DNA of 53,904 nt, the filler included, from Basidioascus undulatus (taxonomy: Eukaryota), in the NCBI GenBank assembly GCA_000826855.1. It is 4 parts of 4 records of this genome, joined end to end, with 100 filler letters (N's around TTAATTAATTAA, not from the genome) between each part and the next. Parts side by side here need not be neighbours in the genome. Positions count along the whole stretch, not along the records: positions 13,515 to 26,925 come from JTLS01000815.1; positions 27,026 to 40,417 come from JTLS01000816.1; 2 more parts are not named here. One strand, given 5' to 3'. The notes beneath the pieces are model-generated. The model was given only the letters and a program-made list of their open reading frames with translations, made no database searches and was not told the origin of the DNA. Positions 18,636-29,334 of the stretch are shown here, in pieces; position 1 is the first letter of the stretch, and the number at the start of each line of letters is the position of its first letter. Both the position numbers and the translations under genes were made by a program.

Positions 18636-19640
18636 CTAAGCCGGGGCGGGCTGCTCTGCGACGGCCGACTCCCCTTTGTCCACAGGTGCAGGCTTGCGCC
18701 TGAGCACGGCCACACCCTGGACGTGGCTCGTCTGCGGGAACAGGTCGAAGCTGGATATCACGAGACGAGGCGTGTCAGTACTGCTGTCAGTCGCAAACGA
18801 GATGATCGTTACCCGCGTACCCTCTCAAGCTCTCCAAGATGTATGGCCCGTCCTCGCCACAAAGTTTGCCGACGTCCCGTCTGCGGAGAACAACACAATC
18901 GTCAGCTTCTCTGCCCACAAGCGGAAGACCCGCGCAGGAAAAGCACGCACGTGGACATTGCACGAGATGTACAAGACCGTGTCGGGCCTGAACGTCCTCA
19001 GCTGGTAAGGAACGCGTCGTCGCAGCCCTTCTTGGGCGGGTCGACTACGACGACCGTATGTTTTGGCGGGTAGTCCTTAACGCTGTCGAAAATCTTTTCG
19101 GGGTTGCCGACGTGGAACTGCGCCTTGTCCTCGGGCAGCGCCGCGTTGTGCTTGGCGTATGCGACGGACTGGTCAGAGACCCTGCAGAAGAGGCGCAGCG
19201 TAGAGAAAAATAAAAAAGCACTCGACTCCGGCGGCCTTGACGAAGCGCGATGCAACAGTGATGGACAAGAGACCGGAACCGCAGTCTGCGAAAGGACGGC
19301 TCAGCTTGATTACGCGCGTACTGAGCAGATGAAAGTGAACGTACAGGCGTCGACGAGGTACATAGGTTCGCCGCTCGGGCTGGCGGACGGCAATGCGTCG
19401 AGGACGTATTGCGTAAGTGGTTCGAGGATGCTCTGGTTGTTCTGGAAGTAGCTCCCTGTGATCGGTACAGCCCAATTTCAGCAAGGAAGTCGGCGCAAAT
19501 CCTGCCTCAGGGGCCCGATAGGCACGTACCGGCGGTGAACTCGAACAGCTTGTCACCGACCTTCTCACGAACGATCGCCTTGTGCACGGTGATGCAGACG
19601 TGCTTGTCGAGCGCATCGGCCAGCTGCTGGAATGCACAGC
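18636..19640 (-). pseudogene. TRM2: tRNA (uracil-54 C5)-methyltransferase TRM2-like, frameshifted C-terminal half
   Basis: SYFQNN, YLVDAYCGSGL, VVVDPPKKGCD, YISCNVH and FDLFPQTSHV motifs present; 1-nt deletion near 19003, a second frameshift in the TQARD motif (~18880), HVE appears as HVQ, and no recognisable N-terminal half. Confidence 0.8.
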
Positions 19641-21899
19641 AGCCGAGCTCCAGCGGGACAGGGAGACGGCGAGGAGTAAGAAGAATGGTCTCCGTAGCAG
19701 TTGCCGCATTCAGTGTTATCTATATGGCTAACGAGATGGCTATCATCTCCGACTGGAGTGAGCGTCATAGGGTGCGGCTACCTCTACGACGGTACCCTGG
19801 TCAACCGCTCGGGAGTCAGCATGAAGGTAGAAGAAGGCGGGCTCGCCACTGTACGGTGGCCCTGTATCAGGGAGAGGCCTTTACTATCCCGTGAGCTCGT
19901 GGGAGCTTTCTAAGCAGAGCGCGTGAACCCGATACTGGACAAGCTCTACCTCTTGAGAAGCCGCGGCTTTTGAAAACTACGTGCCCTCGCCCTCCTAGCG
20001 CGCTATATTCGAACGCATGGCCGTTAGTGATACCACTCATGCAGTCCATGGTTATGGTGCCCCTGGGAAGTGCGAAGTCCGCGAATACCCCCTCACCCCC
20101 GCAGGTGCACAGATATGCCATCCTGTGGCACCGCGAGCATTTGCATGTACTTCCTTCTCCCCGAGTAGTACGGCCCCTCCCCGCGAGCGGCCTACCGGGG
20201 GAGTGCTTGCCGAGGGGGTTGCGGGTGTAGTGCTGCTTGACCCACGATAACTGCGACATCTGCCATACCCGGGTGAGGCCTCACGAGGCGGCCACAGGCA
20301 GCGTCCCGTCACCGGAAGACTCCATGATGAGTTCGCCGGTCCGGCTGTCGTACAGGGCGCATGCTCGAGCAGGCTTTCGCGACCGAGGTCGCGTCGTGCA
20401 GCGACGGGGCTCCATGGGGATGTGAGGGCCGCGGATTCTCGCACGCCTTCCTCTCCGAGCACTCTCTCGCAGTACTGGCCGAGAGTTACCCGGTTGAGCA
20501 GAGCGGAGGTAGACATCACCATGTCGAATCTCACGGGCTGCTCGTTATGTCCATCGCGAAGGGCATGTCGTGCTCTGGCCATATCCGAAGCACATCCTTC
20601 TGCCCGTGAGGGGTGGAGATCTTGTCGCCAGTGACGGGAAGCCCATACGGCTCTACCTCTACCCTCGTAGTTGTCGCTGTAATTGGCGAGACACATGGCG
20701 AGGTCCTCCCCCGGCGGGCACTGTACCAGGCCTATCTCTGGGTCGTCGGGCATATTCTAACTAGGACACCCGATGATACCGAAACCACTGCCGTCCTGGA
20801 CTCAGCCGAGATGTGCATGGTGGGCCTCGACTCAAAAGCCAGCGCGGTCTGTTGCACCTCGCTACAGCGTAGCATGATCCCCATGCAGAATAGCAACCAT
20901 TCGCCGTCTCGTGCATGCACCGCAGCAGGGCTCCCGTGAACACGCCCAGGGTTGCCCGTGAGAATATCCTTACGGACACCTTGTGACACACGCGCACTGA
21001 CCTGCTCGCATCCGTAGAGTGAGACATATATCCTGCCCATATGAAGCACTTGAAAGGCATCCTCTTCCTCGCCTCCTTGTCGGTGCCCTCTCCTCCTCCA
21101 GGGTCGACATGTCAATAGCCTGATTGAGTGTAGAGTACCGAAGAGTCCGGGCGTCCTCCCTGTCTCTGAGGGCACGTCGAAGAGCGTAGGACACGCGCTG
21201 GTCCTCCCCCTATGCATTGTCTCGGACACAGCATGGGGTATGTGCACGCTCAGGGGGGCAGGTGAGCCGGACGTAAGCCTGTTGAGGGAGTCGCAGATGA
21301 CCTGGGGTAGTAATCTCCCCGCGCTATTCCATCCCTCGTGTGTCCTGGATACCAACACAGTGCCCCTGCAGTCCCATGGACACCGCCTTGTCCACTTAGC
21401 TGTGGTAGCTGTGCCACGACGTCGGTTGAAAAATTTGAAGCAGAAGAAGACGACGATAGTAATGTGTGTACTGGTGAGAAACCGGGGTCATCAAGATTGC
21501 AAGCTTGGGACACAGCCTGCGTTGCGTTTCTGCACAGGTGACGTTGCAAAGCCCGCACAACCGCCTTTGCGGAACAGCACAAAAAAGCGGTGGCCTCTTT
21601 GCCTTACCCTAAAACGATTATGGGTTACGCTTAAATGAGTTGCGCTAGCCTGCAGCAGCCAGTCTCGCAGCTAGATGGGTGACAGGGCAATACGTATCGT
21701 GCCGGGGAGGTGATACTGGCCGAGCTGGAGACAGCCATGAGGAGGAAGCACTCGGATAAGGCCGCGAGTCTTCGCACATCCGTAGAGCTGCTCGTCTTTG
21801 CGCTTAGGCAGAATGGGCGCACCTCGCCAAGAGCTGTTAAGTTGTCCATGCGGTTAGGCTGTTCCTCGATGTGAAGCTGAAACCTCTTCGCTGTCGCGG

Positions 21900-22564
21900 C
21901 AGCCTTGTCCGGGGAGCAGTTAGAACGGGATTTGTTCCGCGTAAGGGCACTGCATGTGTGATATGATAGCCTTGTTGTGATCATTGCTTATGGATGCGCT
22001 TCGCGTTCATACCTGGTTGACTTCCTTTCGCGGCGTACTGCTCCTGATTCACTGCATCAATGGCTGGCGTCGGGCGACCCATTGCGCCGCTACTGCCTGT
22101 TGCGGGCCCAATTAACGTCGTATTTGTCGACAGCACGGACGAGCGCAACCCATTCGAGGGCCGTGAAGATGTGGGTGGATGTCTTGGCCGGCATCCGAGC
22201 AGCTGGGATATACGAATTGAAGGAGAGTATCGATCACCTCGGGGTATTCCTCGTGTGAAACATTAGGTAAAGAGCTGAGATGCTCGATCGAACTTGTCGA
22301 AATTGACGCGGCGTTAAGGTACTTGTAGTGAATCTTGGACGTGTTGAGCAGGGCATCAGTGCATACTAGAGGTAAACCTCGTCTCAACATGATGGTACAT
22401 CCACTCACCTTGAAATCAATGAGTCCCCCAGCCACCACGACGAGCAAATCTGCCTTATCGGCGCGATACTGGTCTTGGAGCTGAAGCTTCAAGGGCTCCT
22501 TTGCAGCTGCGCCACCCTCGTCCTCTGTTTGGGCAGGCCTCTTGACTGGTATGAGCGAGGACAC
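21900..22564 (-). pseudogene. BTB/POZ-domain protein, apparently disrupted
   Basis: ADLLVVVAGGLIDFK/IHYKYLNAAS, EEYPEVIDTLLQFVYP, then AVDKYDV in a different frame followed by a stop; 3' limit uncertain. Confidence 0.55.
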
Positions 22565-23399
22565 TCAGGAAGAATGAGGTAGGGGGTTACGATCAAGTCG
22601 GAGAGAAGACGATTACACTCTGAGCGATGATAGGAGTGAGCTACGAAGCGACTGGAATGTTGTTTTCGTTTCCAAGCAGCTCCCGCAATGCCGCAAAAAG
22701 CCTTTGACAGTTGGCAGGACATGGACTGGCGTCCCTTTCAAAGTTGAAACTAGGGCCTTTTTGTAGTTCATTTGCTTTGAGAAGACTTCACGAGCCAACA
22801 GTCCTGGCAGTTCCGGGAAGCAGTTCCGCCTGGGTAGGGAAGTGCCGGGCCGACAACTCAATGCGAGTTCGATCCTGTCAAAAACAAGCTTATGAGGTTG
22901 GACCTGCCAATTTATTCTTCTGTTCCAGGAGGTACCAAGAAGACGGCGGCAGGCAAATGCCTGCAAAGGAATCATTCGTGGCTTTACTGTCCCGAGGCTG
23001 TGGTCCACTGGAAGGGTTGCGCTCGCTGCATTACCACTCAAAGCGGTGTTACATAATAATGCATTGGAACTTTCACATATTCCAACAACGTTGCACAGGA
23101 AGGTGGGTACACCATGTGGAGAGATATCTGGGCGAGAATGGCAGTGCTGCCTTGTACACAATCGCTACGAGCGCGATGTTTAGTGGGAGAAGTAGCGATC
23201 ATGAGGGAAGCCGTTGAAGAGGAGGGGAGGACCGAGGGGGGTGAGAAAGCTTTCAAGAACCCAACTGGTCAGTTGACTCTTCATGTAAAAGACCTAGTGA
23301 AAAATGAAAAGACCGCACAAGTTCCAGTTCTCGGCTGTCCAGTACGAGCGCTGATTAACTGAGCAAGGATACCGGCGACTTAAGTCGGAGAGAAGGAGC

Positions 23400-23580
23400 G
23401 AGGTACTGGACTCAATGTCGTCGATGCGCTGCCGCACAGCCTGCGAGAGCTGGTGGTCGTCCTTGCCGGCGTCAAGACCCTTGAAAGAGCCTAGTCAGTG
23501 AAGGACCAGGTTGGGCATCAGGTTTTTAAATATGAGATGCATGGGATCGAGCGGGAAAGAGGGTGTCGACAAAAGGCAGC
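23400..23580 (-). mobile_element. Relic of a CACTA/En-Spm (Tnp2-like) transposase
   Basis: SFPLDPMHLIFKNLMPNLVLH*LGSFKGLDAGKDDHQLSQAV resembles the D.MHL..ENL.PNL..HW.G.FKGLD block of basidiomycete En/Spm transposases; the Trp codon has become TGA; no TIRs seen. Confidence 0.65.
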
Positions 23581-24531
23581 TCAAACAAGATAGACTACAG
23601 AGACAAAGCAAGGCAGTGAGCTCTTGTAGAAACGTCGACACTGAATGAAGGCCAAGAGAGGGGGGGGGGGGCACAAAGCGACTATCTATCAAGAAACTAA
23701 AGGGGTTGATATATGCCTATGTGCGTGTGTAGGGCAAGATCGGGGCTGGGCAGTTCTCAGAGGGTGAGTGCTTGAAACGGTATTGGAAACGGTACAGCAA
23801 GATATGCCTCGCACGCAGCTGGGCTACGATTGACACCTGACCGCGCAGCAGCGACGTGATCTAGAAAAACCTTCTTGGGTGACGTGTGGCGCCTTGGGCG
23901 TTTGAAGTACGGTGCATGGGAGGTGGGCGGCGGCGGTGGGCGCTGAATCCAGCGCGTAGCGGCTTTGTTCGCCGAGACGCTAGCGGGAAGCGCGAAGGGG
24001 AGTTCCGCACGGTCGTCGACGGTAGCCGCGTTTTTGGTCTTCTCATCAACACTTCGTTGCCTTCAACACTCAAGTGTTCTGGTATCTATCTGATGGTGAG
24101 AGAGAGGGAGCGGTGCGTTTTCAGGAGCTCCCAGATCTCCCGATGAACCGTGAGCTGCAGGTGTTGGCCCGGGGCCCGGGCAGGGCGACGACGTACAGCC
24201 TGAACCGCGATGCGGTTGTGCAAGTGGTTAACGACTCGCGACGGGTCATGGGCTCGCAGCGTTCGTCATGCTTCGGTCAACTGTCATGAGTTGCAGGCCA
24301 TCCTCCCTTAGCGCATGGTCGGGAATAAAACCACCGCCTGCTCTATGTAAGTACTGGCAAGAGCTGTTCTTTGGACGCTGAAGGACAGCTGTGCAAGCAC
24401 AGAGACTCTGGGTGAAGGCTAACTTGAATCGGCCAAGAGCAACTCGGGTCTCCAAGAACGAGGGCATTGCCACGCATCACAAGCAAAACCAACGATGCCG
24501 AGACAATGCGACCAATTCAGAATAATCCTCT

Positions 24532-26925
24532 CTATGTCGGGTTCGTCGCACATCCGATGTCGAAGGCCCATGGGAATCCGGTCGAGCTTGCGGCGAAGAA
24601 GTTGTCTGGATCAAAGTCCCAGCTGGGGAACATGAACGAAATGCTGCGGTTGGGGCGAGAGAGCAAGGAATGTCAGAACCAAGCTACAAGCCTAGTTCGA
24701 AGAAACAATTGTGCTCACGACGATGCCGCTGAAACATCCATGGGAGCGGAGAAAGGCGCGGCAAAGTCTGTCAAGAGGTTGCCGGTGGCAGTTTGCACCG
24801 GCAAACCCGTCTCGCGTGTCCACTGAACCATGAGCGCTGCAAATGCCCAACCACCGTTGCTCTTTCCGTCAGCGGTTGAGATGACTTTGGGCAGAAAGGG
24901 TGCTAGCCTTCTCTTGCCTTCCAAAATATCGGCGCTGACGCAAGCAGTAGTCCAGACCGTCCGGCCGATGGTGCCAAGCGCATCGGTGACCGTTCGCAGA
25001 CTGCGGATGAGGTCCACGCGCCGCTCATCTTGCTCCGTTGTGCGTAATTGACTTTCCAGGCCATCTCCTACGATCGACAGCACAAGGATGGTTCCGGCAC
25101 AGAACGCTGCGCTGTTGAAGAAGGGGTAAAGCTCGAAACTGAAAATCTCGGAGACAACAGACACTATAGGATCAAAAGCTTACTGTTGAAAAGCTGGGCT
25201 GGTCAAGCGAAGCCCATGCGCAGACTTCTGCATCTCGATCAGCCGAACTACCTGCGTTGCTGCGGACAGGCATTTGCTTGTAGATATTTCGGCCGATAAC
25301 GCGGTGTTCAGCGGCGTCGAAGAACGGCGGTAGAAAGGGCGATGAAGAATGATACAGAGCATTTGATAGACCATATTGAGATCTACGAGATAGAGCATTA
25401 ACAGACAATCGGCAACGAAGGAGGAAGAACACCAGGTGGACTTGCTGATAATGTGCGGTTGGAAACCTGCGGATGCACAGAAGGGCGAGATGCGGAGGTG
25501 AGATGGGAGGTCGTGGTACCTGGAGAAGGCAACAGAGGCTCGCTTGTCACGACTTCGGCAGCTGCTTTGACAGGCAGCATGTCTTCTCACCAAGACTACA
25601 GAGCAAGATGAAGCACAGGAACTGCTTCTTGACGATGGGCAAGAGAAATTCTGCGTAATGGCTGTCAGCGACTGGGGTAGCGCATCAATATGTCGAAAGC
25701 GAGGACGGCTTACCCAGGCTTCAGCTCGTACACGGAACTCATGATGTCGCTAGCTATCATCAAAAGCCGCGAACTCCAATGAAAGGCTGATGAGCGATGA
25801 AACGGTTCTTCAAACTCGTCCTCGGGAACCACAGGGGGGACCGCGACGTCGATGTCGCTCGTTATGAAGGTGCAGTTGCGTCCGATGTACATAGACAGAA
25901 GGCTGGGTCGAGAAGTGAATATCAGCGCAAGCAGAGACATTCAGGAACACGACAAGGAGCTGAAGGTGTTACACCGGACGCACATGTCAATGCTGAATGC
26001 AGAATAGAAGCAGCTGCGCCTTGCTTTGATCAAGTCTTCACCAACGCCACCAAGACCCATTGACAGCCGGTGCGTGCCGAGATGCAAGCCAAAATCCTCA
26101 GCCAGACGCATTGCTTGACCTGACAATTGAGGGGAAGTCAGCCGCCCTACTCTCTGCACACTCTGCCTACCGCTGTGTCACTCTCACCGATGTACATCCA
26201 TTGTAGGCTCTCCCGTTCTTGACATGAGTTGTCGTACAATAGAGGCAGAATATTAACGCACACTGGGTCCACTGCAAGGGGTGTCTTGTTCAAAAAAATG
26301 TCCGTAGATTATACAAGTCAATTGGATCAACTCACTCAAGTCCACGTCCTGCAAGGTATACACCTAAGCAAATGAGGGCCCGAACTGTCGAAAGCTTGGG
26401 GTTGTGCCACTCCTGGCTGCTCGGAAGCCATGAAGTCAATGCCTACTAGCGTGTACGGTGGAGGAATCCAGCGAGACGACCTACTCTAGAACTGACACCA
26501 AGGTTATCAGTGCAAAGCCAATAACGTCTTGGCTTAGAGCAGTGACTCACGATACCGTGCCCAGTTTGCAAAGACGTCTCCACGCGTGTCAAGATCGTGC
26601 GCGTTCGTGCACACGTCTCCAGGGACTGATTTTTTAGGATCAAGATATCTGCTCACCGTGGCCACTTGTGCTGGCATTAAGTTCTCCGTCTCAGCCATGA
26701 ACGATGCGGACGTACCTGCATCCGATTGCAAGAAGAACGTTGAGAAGAAATGGGCTGTAGTGGTGCGTGCGCGCCCCTGTCTGGCTTCGCATTTCGGCAA
26801 GAAACAGGCGGTCCGGTACCAGCTCAAATTGACAACAAGTGAAATCGAATGCGGCTCGCAGCTGATCTCGTCAGGATGCGATGAATGCAAGAAAATGCAG
26901 GGATATTCAGCTCTGCTATATCACT
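24532..26925 (-). CDS. Fungal-specific transcription factor (Fungal_trans domain), 5'-truncated at contig end
   Basis: GQAMRLAEDFGLH, ARRSCFYSAFSID, LLSMYIGR, IILHRPF and KCLSAATQV motifs over multiple GT-AG exons; 3' end approximate. Confidence 0.85.
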
Positions 26926-27025
26926 NNNNNNNNNNNNNNNNNNNNNNNNNNNNNNNNNNNNNNNNNNNNTTAATTAATTAANNNNNNNNNNNNNNNNNNN
27001 NNNNNNNNNNNNNNNNNNNNNNNNN
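26926..27025. other. Artificial contig linker
   Basis: N44-TTAATTAATTAA-N44. Confidence 0.98.
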
Positions 27026-27407
27026 CTCCTCCGCCCCCGCATCCGCCATCCCGACCCTCTCCACGCCCTCCTCCATCCGCCAGTCCCGGCGCCTCCTCCG
27101 CGGCGTGACCTCCCCGCTCTCCCCCAAGGCCCCGCTCTCCCCCTGCAAGCCGCCCACCGCGCCCCCACAACAACAACAACGACAAGAGGAGGCGGAGGAG
27201 GAGGCGGCAGAGGAGGAGGAGGCGGAGCACGACCCCGAGCGAGACTTCACGCTCGTGGAGTACGTCCGCCGCGTCGTCGCTGCGGAGAAGGAGCGGATGC
27301 GGGCCGCGGCTGAGCTCAAGATCGCGCGCTTTCAGGAGGCCGTGCGCCTGGGCGAGGAGGACCTGCAGCAGAAGTTGGAAGAGGCGCGCATCGCGGAGGG
27401 CGCGTGA
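27026..27407 (+). CDS. 3' end of a gene; C-terminus resembles fungal BIR1/survivin-like proteins
   Basis: Low-complexity S/P/E stretch followed by DFTLVEYVRRVVAAEKERMRAAAELKIARFQE helix; open from the contig start to TGA at 27405-27407. Confidence 0.5.
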
Positions 27408-28895
27408 TACCTCGTTAGAGTGGATTGGGGACGCGTGGACGTTTGTCGTTTCTCTCTTCCTTCTTGATCTACCGATTCTTGCATCGCTGCTCTCCCGTGT
27501 CTACTCCCTTTCGCTTTTCTTTCTACTTTTGTGAACACCGTGCAGCGCAGCATCTTTCCTTTGCTTTTCGTCTTCGTTGAACCGGCGCGCTAGTTTTTAC
27601 TTCCACAACGCTTTCGGTCGCGCTTTTGTTGTATTGTCTTTGACAGCCCGCGGCCAAGTCTCCTCGTGCTGATCTGACCATGTGTCTGTTGCAATTGAAA
27701 GTCCTTGGCTTTTGCTGCGCCAGGTCGGTCTTCTCAGGCCTTGGACTTGGATTGTCCAGCGACGCCTCCCGACGTCTTGCCTTGCGATTGCTTGCGACCG
27801 AAACGAGTCACGGGCTGCTTCTCGATCGGAGCGTGCCTTTCCCGCCCTTGTTCCAAGGGCGGGTTTTGGGGGTGGGTATTTCCGGTTTAAAAAAACAATG
27901 AAATGGCTACTCCGATGATATACTCAGCGAAAACCGGACTCCTGGAACCTTGGGACTGACTTTTGACTCCGCCTCGCTGCCGTGTTGACCTCAGCATGCC
28001 AAATTCACCGTCTTCCTCTCCTCCAACCAGCGTCTCTCAACACTGCATCCAATAGAAATTATGAATGTGTTTGCAATTCTTCTCCTTCCACTCAGCCCAG
28101 TCGTACAGGGGTAGCGGCTTAGTGGGAGTACGGCCAGTGACATTGGTTTTGAAATGCCTTCTTGGTCTTTTCTTGACTACTCAGCAATTCCACTGGAATG
28201 TGCCTGAATTAGAACCTTAATATCCTGTCCAGATCAAGATCTCACTCCGTGTCTTCCAGCCGGAGTCAGGTTAGCCGCTCGAACCTGACGGAGGCTGCCC
28301 CTGAATTCAAGGCCACCAATGCAGCCCACAGCAATCGTGTCGCTCAGTGTTGCTTGGCCTCCGGGTAAAGATTGCTTAGGACAAGCGGGTCTGCTGTGCA
28401 GAGTATCGTCAGCCTTCCACCCTTTTTTGTACTGCCTTTCATATCCTTCCATTACATGCTTGCCGTGATGTTCTGTGTGCGAGTGACGGTACCACTGTTA
28501 GATTAGCGAGGCCACACCGAAGCAGCAAGCTGCGTCGTCTTCAAGGAGAATTAGCGACCCTTCCGTCTCATGGTTGCCATTTCTTCATTCCCTACTTCTT
28601 TACGGGCGGGTGTGGTACCAACGCACCATCTTCAATAATCTCCTACGAACCGAAACAGGCGCATTTGTCACGTACCACCTGGGCACACGCAAGTGGGATC
28701 TACTAGTCATAATGGATCTATGCATCGGCATCGTCTCTCAGGCGGCATGGGACGACGACATTTCTGGAGGTGTCCAGACCGAAGAGGTTCAACAGTTCTA
28801 GTGCAAAATCAGGCAACCAGGGTGGCCTCCCCTCACAAGCGTACCAGTGCGTAAAATCGGAGGAAAGCTAGTCCGGCAATGTCGATGGACGCAGC

Positions 28896-28901
28896 AAAAA
28901 A
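28896..28901 (-). terminator. RNA polymerase III terminator (T6)
   Basis: TTTTTT begins 1 nt after position 37 of the tRNA 5' half. Confidence 0.7.
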
Positions 28902-28902
28902 G

Positions 28903-28975
28903 TCGTAGTCAGATACTCTACCATTGAGCCAGCCGGCCTTGACCGACGCAGGGATCGAACCTGCAACCCCCTGAT
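28903..28975 (-). tRNA. Circularly permuted tRNA-Arg(ACG): 3' half (28975-28940), 1-nt spacer, 5' half (28938-28903)
   Basis: 3' half ATCAGGGGGTTGCAGGTTCGATCCCTGCGTCGGTCA precedes 5' half GGCCGGCTGGCTCAATGGTAGAGTATCTGACTACGA. Rejoined they make a 72-nt cloverleaf: acceptor GGCCGGC/GTCGGTC, D stem GCTC/GAGT, anticodon stem TCTGA/TCAGG with loop CT-ACG-AA, T stem GCAGG/CCTGC with TTCGATC loop. Confidence 0.85.
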
Positions 28976-29334
28976 TACGATGCGGAGAGTAATCTTTACA
29001 GACCAAGCAACCAACGCTGACGGCCATAGTCGGGTTAAATCCACATCCATTTCAAGGTTCTGGAACGCGCACCTTACCCAGAATGTGAATTCAACGCTCT
29101 TTCAGAAATACCATGGAATTTGTTAATAGCACGCTGATACAGACCTGTTTCAAGCAATATTCAAGCCCCAAGCAGGGGTTGTTCCAGCATGGACAGCTCA
29201 ACGGCGCAGCGCTTTCAGAAGTCAAGAATGGCATCGTCCATTTGGTTCTCCATCGTTTCGATACTATTTTCCTAATCTTCTGAACCATTCCCACGAACCT
29301 CCTATCCCACTATCCTTCTTCCGACTGTTCCACT

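Noticed and set aside
28940..29025. Conventional intron-containing tRNA built from the upstream GGCCGTC segment plus the 3' half
   Set aside because: The upstream segment gives a mismatched acceptor stem, no proper D arm and no anticodon loop, whereas the downstream 5' half pairs perfectly.
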